Positions 49,273 through 58,799 of a stretch of 64,000 nt of DNA are shown piece after piece (position 1 is the stretch's first letter; each line of letters starts with the position of its first letter). Location of the stretch: NCBI GenBank assembly GCA_963806185.1, contig CAWDXE010000001.1, positions 704,001 through 768,000 on the forward strand. Reading direction: 5' to 3'. Source of the stretch: an uncultured candidate division Zixibacteria bacterium (GTDB lineage Bacteria; Zixibacteria; MSB-5A5; GN15; FEB-12). A program made the position numbers and the translations under genes. Below the pieces are notes generated by a model. It was not told the origin of the DNA. It worked only from the letters and a program-made list of their open reading frames with translations, and ran no database searches.

Positions 49273-49340
49273 CTACTTCATCAGCAGCATGGACCTGGAT
49301 GCGGTAAAGGGTCCCGCTTCAATTCGACATAGATCCCAGA
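49273..49340 (-). pseudogene. Relic 3' end of a gene with a T9SS/FlgD-type C-terminal sorting domain
   Basis: Minus strand encodes SGIY/(frameshift)/CRIEAGPFTASRSMLLMK*, matching the CTD ends of the genes at 20479 and 47013. No open frame upstream. Confidence 0.55.
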
Positions 49341-49662
49341 GCGCCCGGAATTGGCCGCAAATCTGGACACAGGGTCAAATATCAGCTTGAGAATGAACGG
49401 TCAGGCTAACGGTGATAAAACGAATACAACCCGTCAGTGCCGGACATTCACCTCGGCTTTGTGTGCGGTAATGGTGATGTGTGCGTTGTCGATGAAATAC
49501 ACTTTAATATCAGGGCTGATACAGATCCATGCAAGCCATTTCTGTAAGCGCCAAAGGGCTGCACCCGGGGCTATTGTCCGCCTTGTGCCGCATTCACCAG
49601 ACACCACACCGTACCTGCCGCCAGTTTACAAATCGATTGTGTTGACCTATAATCTAAGATGA

Positions 49663-50523
49663 TTGATGAGAGGACAGCTGGCGGTGATTGGTGATATCGG
49701 ACTGGTTTTACTCGGTATTGCGGTAGGGGCTTTCGGCACGCTTATCGGCGCCGGCGGCGGGTTCATTCTTGTCCCCATCCTGCTTCTGTTGTACCCCGGC
49801 GACTCGCCCGAACTCATCACCAGCATCTCGTTGGCTGTGGTGTTCTTCAATGCCGCATCCGGCTCGATCGCGTACGGCCGCATGGGGCGCATAGATTACA
49901 AGTCGGGCCTTGTCTTCGCCCTCGCCGCTGTACCAGGCGCCATACTCGGAGCACTGACCACACAGTTCATCCCGCGACAAATCTTCAATATTATCTTCGG
50001 CGTACTTCTGCTCCTTGCGGCGATCTATCTGGCAACGCGGCGTTCTCGCGAACGTAAGACTAGCCACCATCCTCGTCCCGGTCATTTCGTTCGTCGTATT
50101 GTCGAACGGGATGGTACTGCTCATGAGTACTCCTTCAATCTCTGGATCGGTATCGTCACGAGTGCTTTGGTCGGCTACCTCTCTAGTTTGCTTGGTATCG
50201 GGGGAGGTATCGTTCATGTGCCGGTAATGGCAACCTTGCTGGACTTCCCCGTCCATCTGGCAACAGCCACGTCGCACTTTGTCCTCGCGCTGATGGCTTT
50301 AACCGGCACGATTGTTCACATCGCATCCGGTTCCTTCGACCACGGTATCGTGATGACCCTATGCTTGGCGGCTGGAGTGGTGATTGGAGCGCAAATCGGC
50401 GCCCGCCTTTCGAGCCGGATTCACGGCGACTGGATTATCCGCAGCCTGGCCGTCGCCCTGGCGCTGGTCGGTATGCGCATTCTGGCCATGGCTTTGCCTG
50501 CCTCGTGGCAATTCTGGAAATAG
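49663..50523 (+). CDS. TSUP / TauE-SafE family sulfite exporter
   Basis: 'GTLIGAGGGFILVP' and 'SSLLGIGGGIVHVP...ATATSHF'; polytopic membrane protein. Confidence 0.9.
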   Translation: MMRGQLAVIGDIGLVLLGIAVGAFGTLIGAGGGFILVPILLLLYPGDSPELITSISLAVVFFNAASGSIAYGRMGRIDYKSGLVFALAAVPGAILGALTTQFIPRQIFNIIFGVLLLLAAIYLATRRSRERKTSHHPRPGHFVRRIVERDGTAHEYSFNLWIGIVTSALVGYLSSLLGIGGGIVHVPVMATLLDFPVHLATATSHFVLALMALTGTIVHIASGSFDHGIVMTLCLAAGVVIGAQIGARLSSRIHGDWIIRSLAVALALVGMRILAMALPASWQFWK

Positions 50524-50751
50524 CCGTAGCACCCGATCACTCCGGATGTTCTTAAAAAAAGTGGGCGCAAAACTCCGGTTTAATCGTATATTACTCTTGT
50601 GAACGGCCCTTCTCGGCCGTCCATCGTGGCCACCGGCCTGCCACGGTGACCCCGGCACACGATTTTCGGCACATTACGAAGCGGTCGACGACCCTGACCC
50701 GCATGCGTCATCGCCGCCACCGCCCAACATATACAGACCTTGAGGTGTGGT

Positions 50752-51084
50752 ATGAAAACGTTTGTGCTGATGAGTCGGTACTGTCCTCACGGACCGAGCC
50801 TCGTTGAGGTCGCTGCCCGCGTCAAGGATGGTAACAAGATCGGACGCGCCTGGATCGAGAAAGCCCAGACGCTCGTCCCCGAAGCAAAGTTTGTCGCCCA
50901 CTATGCTTTGCTGGGCGGCTACGATTTCATGGATATCTATGAAGCGCCCGATGAACAGGCTGCCGCGAAGGTGGCCATGATCGGAAATGCCAATGGTGCC
51001 TTCATGGTCGAGACCTGGACGGCAATCCCAGACCACTTCCTGGTTCAGCTCGCCCGTGAAGTAGAGCGCGCCGCAAATCCATGA
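50752..51084 (+). CDS. GYD domain-containing protein
   Basis: 'YALLGGYDFMDIYEAPD...ETWTAIP'; GAGGT RBS. Confidence 0.82.
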   Translation: MKTFVLMSRYCPHGPSLVEVAARVKDGNKIGRAWIEKAQTLVPEAKFVAHYALLGGYDFMDIYEAPDEQAAAKVAMIGNANGAFMVETWTAIPDHFLVQLAREVERAANP

Positions 51085-51203
51085 GTCGTATTCCGTCGGG
51101 CGCTGGCGGTGTGCAACAGCGCCCGACAAAGCATTTGTTGCGGTCTGCCTAGACGCTTCCGCACTCTGTCTTTTGCACGGCTTCGGTACTGACTGTCGCG
51201 ACT

Positions 51204-51893
51204 ATGGTGAATATTTCTTCTCGAGTTGCGCTCATGCGCGAATACTACGATCGTCGCGCTCCATGGCATGATGACTACATGGATGCGTCCTCGCTCGATG
51301 GGCTCAGAGCGCGATTCGCTGAAGTGCTTTCTGTCGTGACGCCGCTTGTTCGCGACGCTACCGTGCTTGAAATCGCCTGCGGCACGGGCAACTGGACCCA
51401 GCTACTGGCCGAGCATGCTCGCACGGTCACGGCCATCGACAGCAGCCCGCGTGCGCTTGATCTCGCCGCCGTCAAATTGCGCCTTGCAGAGAATGTGACG
51501 CTGTGTTGTCTTGACGCTTTTGAGATCGACCAAATAGGCGGTCGGTTTGATTGCCTGTTCGCATCCGACTGGTATTCTCACATTCCCCGGTCGCTCATTC
51601 CTGTCTTTCTAACAAAACTGAAGACCGTAGCCCGTTCAGGCGCCAAGCTCATTCTTCTCGACATGAATTGCTTTCGGGAGCTGGCCGAAGAAATCTCCGG
51701 CTATGATGAAGAAGGTAATTGCCTCAGTCGAAGGGAACTGCCGGATGGCTCGGTGTATGAGATCATCAAGAATTTCCCCACCGAGGAAGACCTTCGTAGC
51801 CAGCTGCGGGGCTGGGGGTCAAACACAAGATTCATCCTGCCAGGTCAGCTAAATCGTTGGCTTACAATAACAAACAGGTCGATCGTTAGATAG
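51204..51893 (+). CDS. Class I SAM-dependent methyltransferase
   Basis: 'YYDRRA', 'VLEIACGTGNWT', 'AIDSS', 'WYSHIP' and 'IIKNFP'. Confidence 0.88.
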   Translation: MVNISSRVALMREYYDRRAPWHDDYMDASSLDGLRARFAEVLSVVTPLVRDATVLEIACGTGNWTQLLAEHARTVTAIDSSPRALDLAAVKLRLAENVTLCCLDAFEIDQIGGRFDCLFASDWYSHIPRSLIPVFLTKLKTVARSGAKLILLDMNCFRELAEEISGYDEEGNCLSRRELPDGSVYEIIKNFPTEEDLRSQLRGWGSNTRFILPGQLNRWLTITNRSIVR

Positions 51894-51917
51894 TCCTGCA
51901 GATTTCACTAATTTCGC

Positions 51918-51973
51918 TTGCATCCCCGCAACTTTTCCCGATATTATATCGTAATGATATCATAATGATATCT
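51918..51973 (+). promoter_or_regulatory. Putative sigma70 promoter and tandem TGATATC operator for the SPFH-RHH operon
   Basis: TTGCAT-N18-TATTAT, then ATGATATCATAATGATATC (palindromic TGATATCA repeated at 11-bp spacing) just before the AGGAGG RBS. Confidence 0.6.
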
Positions 51974-51984
51974 CAGGAGGTAAT

Positions 51985-52842
51985 ATGATTAAAGAACGCG
52001 AAATCCACGCCATATCGGGTTGGGGTCCCTTGATCCTGCTCTTCGTGGTAATCCTAGGCTGCATCGGCGGCATTATTGTTGGGCCGGTGGCCATTAAGGT
52101 TGCCTGTGCGGTCGTCATGCTCGTATCCATTATTCTTCTGTGCGGCCTGTTCATGGTGAACCCGAACGAAGGGCGTGTGCTGCAACTCTTCGGACGGTAC
52201 ATGGGCACGGCCAAGACCGAAGGTCTGCGCTGGGCAAATCCGTTCTACACGGAGAAACGCGTCTCATTGCGCGTGCGGAATTTCGAGACCAACCGGATGA
52301 AGGTGAACGATATCGACGGCAATCCGATCGAAATTGGCGCGATCGTGGTTTGGAAAGTAGTGGACACCGCCGAGGCTACTTTCCAGGTAGACAGCTACGA
52401 AGGGTTCGTCAAAATCCAGAGCGAGGCGGCCGTCCGTAATCTCGCCACCAAGTACCCGTACGACCATCCCGGTGAAGACAATGTCGCGCTGCGCAGTCAA
52501 CCGATGGTCGTCGCCAAACTTCTGCAGGAGGAAATACAAGATCGTCTCCAGCAGGCCGGTGTCGAGGTCATGGAAGCGCGCTTGTCGCACCTCGCCTACG
52601 CGCCGGAAATTGCGGAGGCTATGCTCCGACGTCAACAGGCCGGCGCAGTCGTGGCCGCCCGCAGACTGATTGTCGACGGTGCTGTCGGCATGGTCGAAAT
52701 GGCCCTCGACGAACTCGCGAAAAAGAACATCATCGAGTTTGATACCGAGCGCAAAGCTGCCATGGTCTCGAATCTGCTCGTGGTGCTTTGCAGTGAGTCG
52801 TCCAGTCAGCCGGTCATCAACACAGGCACACTCTATCATTGA
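51985..52842 (+). CDS. SPFH/band 7 domain membrane protein
   Basis: Two TM helices; 'GLRWANPF', '[12 protein letters not shown]', '[17 protein letters not shown]' and '[10 protein letters not shown]'. Confidence 0.92.
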   Translation: MIKEREIHAISGWGPLILLFVVILGCIGGIIVGPVAIKVACAVVMLVSIILLCGLFMVNPNEGRVLQLFGRYMGTAKTEGLRWANPFYTEKRVSLRVRNFETNRMKVNDIDGNPIEIGAIVVWKVVDTAEATFQVDSYEGFVKIQSEAAVRNLATKYPYDHPGEDNVALRSQPMVVAKLLQEEIQDRLQQAGVEVMEARLSHLAYAPEIAEAMLRRQQAGAVVAARRLIVDGAVGMVEMALDELAKKNIIEFDTERKAAMVSNLLVVLCSESSSQPVINTGTLYH

Positions 52843-52845
52843 GTT

Positions 52846-53040
52846 ATGGCTGAACGGAAGTCATTCCTACTGCGCATCGAAAAGGAGATGCTCGACCAGC
52901 TCCAGGGATGGGCTGACGATGAATTGCGCAGTCTCAACGGCCAGCTCGAGTATCTTTTGAGGGATGCATTACGCAAGGCGGGGCGTCTCAAAGCCCCGCC
53001 GGGCGCGGCCGGATCGTCAACTACTGAATCAGAGAAGTAG
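52846..53040 (+). CDS. Ribbon-helix-helix (Arc-like) DNA-binding protein
   Basis: 'RKSFLLRI...L..WADDELRSLNGQLEYLL'; starts 3 nt after the SPFH stop. Confidence 0.85.
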   Translation: MAERKSFLLRIEKEMLDQLQGWADDELRSLNGQLEYLLRDALRKAGRLKAPPGAAGSSTTESEK

Positions 53041-53063
53041 TCTTGTCGTTGCCACGGTGACGT

Positions 53064-54304
53064 TCACAACGCAATGCGCAGCGATGGGTCGGCTGTTCCG
53101 ATAGCTGCATTGTAAGTTTCAAACAGTCGATCCGGCGCCGCGAGTAACGCAATGGCCGGCTGTTTGTCGGTGCCGTTCTTGCTGATCGTTCGAATCATCC
53201 ACCACCCTAGCGTATAGACCATCGATGGCCGGTCCATGGCGCGCTGTCGCACGGCCGTCTCCAGATCCTCGACCTTCGAGCATCTCGGTGCAGGTGGTCC
53301 CGAAGTTGTTCCATCGCCAACTCATGGTAGCTCCTCCCCATCCACTCCCGGAACGCTATCGCTTGCGTAGAATCCACCTTGACCGTCGCCAACCGCTCGT
53401 TGAGCTGCGCTATCCAATTCCGCACTACCTGACTGTCTTCGAACACTTCCTTTTGCGATGGCGACAAACCGTCAATTTGCTTCGCGATACCTTCCGATAC
53501 GATCCCCCGCTGAACAACGGACAAGACCCCTTGATAGTCGTTCGAACGGGTAGCGCGCGGGACATATTGCACGGCGAATATGTGATGCAGCTCATGTCCA
53601 ATGATCGGCTCCATCACATCCGCACCGACACTATCGAGATTGTCCAGCCCCGGTGACTGATGACTGAACACTGCGCCGTAAAGATCGAACCCGACCTTTC
53701 CCTGGTGCGCAAACGCGTCGCCATTGCCGTCGTAGAAGAAATAGATCTCAGGGGTAGTGAATTCGCCGGCAGGGAGCCACGGCGTTGCCAGGTTCCGGCA
53801 CCGTTCCATATCGATCTTCGGAATCACTTCCCTGACCCACTTCGCAACTTTGTCCCGCTTCCGGCAAAGGAGCAGCAGGTTGTTAGCGATACTGGCTGGA
53901 CCATCGATTGCGACGAAAGGAAGGTGCAGTAGCATGTCCCGGTGAACCTCGGGAGTCACATTCCGAAAATGCGAGTAGTACACCTGGTAAGTCGGGGAAT
54001 TTAGCAGCGTATCGATTGCTTTCTGCAAGGAGAGATCTTGTCGGTTCCTTGACGCCGGCGCCTCGGCCGCTGCAACTCGTACCCCTTCCGGCAACGTAGC
54101 CAGACTGTCAGAGACCCGTTCCCACCCCGGATTATGGGCCAGCAGCGTGTCCACCACCGCCAACAACAGGCTCACCCCGTCGCTGTGGAGCTTTGTCTGA
54201 CTCTGATCCGGAACTGAATTCGAACAGGCACATGACACCAAGATGCCGATCATCACGGAAATCACGATCCTCTTGATCAACCGTATTGCTTCAACTGCTC
54301 TCAT
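53064..54304 (-). pseudogene. Putative Zn-dependent protease lipoprotein (HExxH, DUF5700-like), frameshifted near the 3' end
   Basis: 'GHELHH' and 'SEGIA' in ORF 53207-54304. The C-terminus 'SKVEDLETAVRQRAMDRPSMVYTLGWWM...' continues in another frame to the stop at 53064; shift near 53280. Confidence 0.65.
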
Positions 54305-54561
54305 ATTACACTCCGGCTCCCCCTCCTATGATGAGCCATACTCATGGCGGGTTGCAACGACTTTTTAAGACTCGTTCGTCTTCGCCGCCAGAAGTATCTA
54401 TACGGATTTGGTGCTGTTTCTGACTCGAGGTGTTGAACAGATCAAATCCAGTCGTTAACGATCAATTCCTCTCGTTCAGTACGACTCGCCTTGATTCTGT
54501 CGATAACTGTGCATAGTATAGGGATGAACAACATGCACGTTCTGGAGCTGAGAGATTTTCT

Positions 54562-55953
54562 ATGCAGACTATACACGATCCACACGACGCCATAAATTCT
54601 CGCATCGTCAAGCCAGGCAGCCGGATATACATGTCCGGCAATGCCGCCACCCCGCAGGTGATAACTAAAGCGCTCGGCGCGGACCACACGGTAAACGGCC
54701 TTGACCTCTATGTCGTTCTTCCGCTCGGTGATGGCATAAAGGAACTCTATTCCCGCGAACGGTGTCAGGGAATCACCCATCGCGTCATTTTCAACAGTCA
54801 ATGGACGCGCGACGCTATCAACAACGGCTGGGCATACTACCACCCCACTCACCTCTCCGAACTTCCCCGGACCATTCGCTACCACTTCAAGCCAAGTGTC
54901 GTGTTTGCCTCCGTAAGCGGACCCGATCGCGGCGGACGGTATTCGCTGGGGACGACTGTCGAGGGTGTACTGCGTGCGATCCACGAAGTCAAGCGCGCCG
55001 GTGGCGTGGTCATTGCGGAGAATAACCGGCAAATGCCATTCGTCCTGGGTACCACCATCGACGAATCTTCGATCGACTACATGATTGATGTCGACTATCC
55101 ACTTCCTCAGGCCCCGTTTCAACACCCCGATGATCAGGCGAAGCGCATCGGCGAAATTATCGCTGCGCTGTATGTCAAGGACGGACGGGGAACGACAGCC
55201 GGCTCGACTTTGCAGTACGGAATCGGCGAGGTACCGGAGGCAGTCACCGACGCCATCCTTCGCCTCGGGTACGGCGACCTGGCTATTCACACAGAGTTGT
55301 TCGCCGACGGCATGGCGCGCCTTGTACAAAAGGGCGTGGTAACGAACAGATGGAAGACCAATCTGAATTTCTCCGTCTCGTCAATATTTCTCAGCGAGTC
55401 GCAGGCTGGGTATGATTGGATGTCGTACAACAGCGCCGTTCAGAGCCGGCCGAGCAACTACACCAACTCGGTTTTCAAGATTGCCGAGCTACCGAACATG
55501 GTGGCGATCAATAGCGCGATCGGTGTGGATCTTCACGGCAACATTTGGGCGGATTCGCTCGAGGCCCGCAAGATTTACAGCGGCGTCGGCGGTCAGGCCG
55601 ATTTTATCCGCGGCTCGCAGTACTCCAAGATAGGGGTGGCGATCATTGCGCTGAAATCCTCGACGAGTGACGGTATCTCCAAGGTGGTCGACCGTTCGCC
55701 GGCCGGCATCACGACGACCGCTATTCCCTCAGACCAGGTTATCCTGGTGACCGAGCAGGGCGCTTTCGATCCGCGCGGCCTGAGCCTTGGTGAACGGGCG
55801 CTGGGCATCGCACATCTGGCTCGCCCGGAGGAACGCGATCGTCTGTTGAAGCTCGTGATGGACAATGCCGCGTATCACAAGTCGTCCACGGGCCACAGCG
55901 GTCGCATCCCCGGCTTCACCAGCTACGACGACGCGGTGAAGGGGAGGTACTAG
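54562..55953 (+). CDS. Acetyl-CoA hydrolase/transferase family protein (4-hydroxybutyrate CoA-transferase-like)
   Basis: 'GNAATP', 'GSTLQYGIGEVP', 'IHTELFADG', 'YSGVGGQADFIRG' and 'VTEQG'. Confidence 0.88.
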   Translation: MQTIHDPHDAINSRIVKPGSRIYMSGNAATPQVITKALGADHTVNGLDLYVVLPLGDGIKELYSRERCQGITHRVIFNSQWTRDAINNGWAYYHPTHLSELPRTIRYHFKPSVVFASVSGPDRGGRYSLGTTVEGVLRAIHEVKRAGGVVIAENNRQMPFVLGTTIDESSIDYMIDVDYPLPQAPFQHPDDQAKRIGEIIAALYVKDGRGTTAGSTLQYGIGEVPEAVTDAILRLGYGDLAIHTELFADGMARLVQKGVVTNRWKTNLNFSVSSIFLSESQAGYDWMSYNSAVQSRPSNYTNSVFKIAELPNMVAINSAIGVDLHGNIWADSLEARKIYSGVGGQADFIRGSQYSKIGVAIIALKSSTSDGISKVVDRSPAGITTTAIPSDQVILVTEQGAFDPRGLSLGERALGIAHLARPEERDRLLKLVMDNAAYHKSSTGHSGRIPGFTSYDDAVKGRY

Positions 55954-56084
55954 CGGTCGCACCGCCTTACGGGATTAAACCGCCTCTTTTGCCTGATGAC
56001 GATCTCTGCTCCTCCTCTTGACAATCACCATCAATTGACGTAGAGTCATAGAGCGATTATACCATTCTACGTTCGGAGGAGAGC

Positions 56085-56591
56085 ATGACGCGCTTGATCG
56101 GCTGTTGCATTCTGGCCTTCTTGGTTTGTGGTTTTTCGGTAGACGCCAGGGAGATAAAGCTCAAGAACACTTTCTTCGGGGGATGGAAATACTCTGTCGA
56201 TGGGGGCGACTTTCATAAAGTCGGCTGGACCGGTAAGACGCTTCGACTAGAGATGGAGGACAATCCAGAATCCGTCAAGCTGATTGATTCCTATCGCAAA
56301 TACAATCTCGCTGGCCAGATTATTGGTATACCCGGAGGGTTCTTGGTGGGCTGGGCGGCCGGATCTGCCATCGCCGGCAGATACAAAGACAGCGACAAAA
56401 CCTTACTCACAATTGGTGCTCCGTTGTGTGCCACCAGCATCGTGTTAGAATTGGTTGCGAACGGCAAACTGAAAAAGGCAATCAAAACGTATAACGACCC
56501 GGCCCCGGCAGTAACTCTTCGGACAGATGTTCAGATGCGAACAGTGAACGGTCACGCGACTGGATTTGCAGTACTCGCATTGGGATTCTGA
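56085..56591 (+). CDS. Hypothetical exported/membrane protein
   Basis: GGAGGAG RBS; signal peptide; two hydrophobic segments. Confidence 0.7.
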   Translation: MTRLIGCCILAFLVCGFSVDAREIKLKNTFFGGWKYSVDGGDFHKVGWTGKTLRLEMEDNPESVKLIDSYRKYNLAGQIIGIPGGFLVGWAAGSAIAGRYKDSDKTLLTIGAPLCATSIVLELVANGKLKKAIKTYNDPAPAVTLRTDVQMRTVNGHATGFAVLALGF

Positions 56592-56620
56592 TCGAGTCAC
56601 GAATAACTGCACAACCACCA

Positions 56621-56666
56621 GAAAGCCCGGCACAGGGAGTTGACAATACTCTTGCGCCGGGCTTTC
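56621..56666 (+). terminator. Stem-loop, probable terminator
   Basis: GAAAGCCCGGC...GCCGGGCTTTC inverted repeat after the stop at 56591. Confidence 0.55.
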
Positions 56667-56714
56667 CGTTGAATTGGCACGTGGTGTCGGACCCCCGTGC
56701 CTGACACTATTCCC

Positions 56715-56766
56715 CCAATACTCATTGCGAGGAGCGCTTCCCAGCGCGGCGAAGCTATCTCGAATC
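56715..56766 (+). repeat. REP-like repeat copy A
   Basis: CCAATACTCATTGCGAGGAGCG...GAAGCTATCTCGAATC; 49/52 identical to copy C. Confidence 0.85.
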
Positions 56767-56813
56767 TCTTGATCGCCGCTGAACAGTCGCTCTCTGAAGC
56801 CCTTCACTAGTGT

Positions 56814-57104
56814 CTACTTTCCCTCCAGAATCTCCGTGCCCAAATCCTCCCACGTTGGGTTCATCGCGTTCACCAGTGCGATCTTGTCGCTCCGTGATCC
56901 TCCCTTGAGTTGCTTTTCCCGAATAATCGCCTCTCGAAGGTCAGGCGTCTCCTCGAAGTAAACCAGCTTGTATACTCTGTATTTCTGTGTAAACCCGGCG
57001 ATCAACCCCTGTCGATGCTGAAGCAGGCGTGCCCGGATGTTCCTTGTCACACCCGTATAGAGGACGGTGTTTCTTGCGTTTGTAAGTATGTAAACGAATG
57101 GCAT
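56814..57104 (-). CDS. Stand-alone GIY-YIG nuclease family protein (96 aa)
   Basis: 'FVYILTN...LYTGVT', 'R..QH', 'FTQKY..YKLVYFE', 'AIIREKQLK..SR..K' and 'NPTWEDL'; GAGG RBS before ATG 57104. Confidence 0.92.
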   Translation of the reverse strand: MPFVYILTNARNTVLYTGVTRNIRARLLQHRQGLIAGFTQKYRVYKLVYFEETPDLREAIIREKQLKGGSRSDKIALVNAMNPTWEDLGTEILEGK

Positions 57105-57121
57105 AGAACCTCGCAGGCCTT

Positions 57122-57156
57122 GAGATTGCTTCGTCGCTTCGCTCCTCGCAATGAGT
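57122..57156 (-). repeat. REP-like repeat copy B (inverted relative to A and C)
   Basis: GAGATTGCTTCGTCGCTTCGCTCCTCGCAATGAGT is the reverse complement of the A/C core, with a shorter loop. Confidence 0.85.
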
Positions 57157-57206
57157 CCTTTGAGACTTCGACGTAGCCTCATGCCCCCGTGGGTCAAACC
57201 ACTAAG

Positions 57207-57258
57207 CCAATACTCATTGCGAGGAGCGCCTCCCAGCGCGACGAAGCAATCTCGAATC
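57207..57258 (+). repeat. REP-like repeat copy C
   Basis: CCAATACTCATTGCGAGGAGCGCCTCCCAGCGCGACGAAGCAATCTCGAATC. Confidence 0.85.
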
Positions 57259-57508
57259 CCGCTACAACCTGAGACTCTCCCCACGCTCCCATTACTCTAT
57301 GGGAGTAGGTATAGTGTGTTTGTCCCGAGAGAATCTCCACCCCCCCACTGACACCTGCAGTCAGTCAAAATCGTCACATTTACCCCCCACTTGACTTATC
57401 CACAATAATTGCCGTTCTTGTCGCCAACCTAAAACGTTTCCTGATACCGTCCCGGTGGGAAATCCTCGCTCGCGCACAACTGCGCTTCGGACAGTTTCAC
57501 GAACAACT

Positions 57509-58789
57509 ATGAAAGACCACATGACAGCAGCTAAACTGTCCCCCGCCGGATTCTCCGGCCTCGGTATCGCTCCCGGCCTCATGGCCGCCATCGCTCGCCT
57601 CAACTTTGTCGAGCCCACCGCCGTCCAGCGCAAATCGATTCCGGTCGGTCTAGAAGGCAAGGACGTTATCGTCATCGCTCAAACCGGCACCGGCAAAACC
57701 CTGGCTTACGGCATCCCCCTCATTCAGCGCCTCGCCCAGATCAAGGGGCGCGGCCTCGTCCTGCTTCCCTCGCGCGAGCTGGCCATCCAGGTTGACGAAG
57801 CCCTCAAGTCGGTCGGCAAAGCCGTCGGCATGCGCTCGGCCCTTCTGATCGGCGGCGCCTCGATGAGTCTCCAGCGCACCGCCCTGTTGAAGCGTCCGCG
57901 CATTATCATCGCTACCCCGGGCCGATTGCTCGACCATATGCAGCATCGCACAGTTGACCTCACCGACGTTCGCATCCTTGTGCTCGACGAAGCCGACCGG
58001 ATGCTCGACATGGGCTTCGCCCCGCAGATCAATCGTGTGTTCGACGTAGTCCCAAAAGATCGTCAGACCATGCTTTTCTCGGCCACTATGCCGGGTGAAA
58101 TCGTACACATCGCGCAAAAGCGGATGAAACTTCCGATCCACGTCGAAATCGCACCGCCGGGCACAACCGCTGATAGAGTTGAACAGGAAGTCTTTTTCGT
58201 CGATCGCGAGAATAAGACCAGCCTGTTGGAAATCCTCTTGAAGGAATCTCCCGGCTCGACTCTTGTGTTCACCCGTACCAAGCATGGCGCTCGCAAGCTG
58301 ACACGCTCAGTGAAGAATATGGGCCACTCCGCCGCGGAACTCCACTCCGACCGCACCCAGGCCCAACGTCAGGCGTCGCTGGCCGGATTCAAATCGGGTA
58401 AGTATCGCGTATTGGTGGCTACTGATATCGCCGCGCGCGGTCTTGACGTCACCGGTATCGAGATGGTCGTCAACTACGATCTCCCAACCGAAACCGAGAC
58501 CTACGTCCATCGCATCGGTCGCACCGGCCGCGCTGGCCAACCGGGCCGCGCGGTGTCATTCGCGACCTTTGACCAACGCAGCGATATTCGCGATATCGAA
58601 CGCCTGATTCGCACTGCTTTGCCGGTCTCCAAGCTCCCCTCATCGCTCCCGGCGCGCACCCGTCTGGATCGGCCGGAAGACATTCGATCTCAGAATGTCC
58701 CCACGCGTGTTTCACCGCCCAGAGAACAACCGGCCTTCGGCCGCGCCGCTCGTCGCGACGGTTTCAAGAAGCGCCGCCAGATTCGATAG
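57509..58789 (+). CDS. DEAD-box RNA helicase (RhlE-like)
   Basis: Q motif; 'AQTGTGKT', 'PSRELA', 'TPGRL', 'DEAD', 'SAT' and 'YVHRIGRTGRAG'; basic C-terminal tail. Start 57509 or 57521. Confidence 0.95.
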   Translation: MKDHMTAAKLSPAGFSGLGIAPGLMAAIARLNFVEPTAVQRKSIPVGLEGKDVIVIAQTGTGKTLAYGIPLIQRLAQIKGRGLVLLPSRELAIQVDEALKSVGKAVGMRSALLIGGASMSLQRTALLKRPRIIIATPGRLLDHMQHRTVDLTDVRILVLDEADRMLDMGFAPQINRVFDVVPKDRQTMLFSATMPGEIVHIAQKRMKLPIHVEIAPPGTTADRVEQEVFFVDRENKTSLLEILLKESPGSTLVFTRTKHGARKLTRSVKNMGHSAAELHSDRTQAQRQASLAGFKSGKYRVLVATDIAARGLDVTGIEMVVNYDLPTETETYVHRIGRTGRAGQPGRAVSFATFDQRSDIRDIERLIRTALPVSKLPSSLPARTRLDRPEDIRSQNVPTRVSPPREQPAFGRAARRDGFKKRRQIR

Positions 58790-58799
58790 ACATGTTATG

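Noticed and set aside
56715..57258. Possible CRISPR array or IS element
   Set aside because: The repeats are in mixed orientation with irregular spacing. No cas gene, transposase or clear target-site duplication.
57105..57284. N-terminal extension of the GIY-YIG ORF
   Set aside because: It is a translation of the REP-like repeats. The domain and an RBS begin at ATG 57104.
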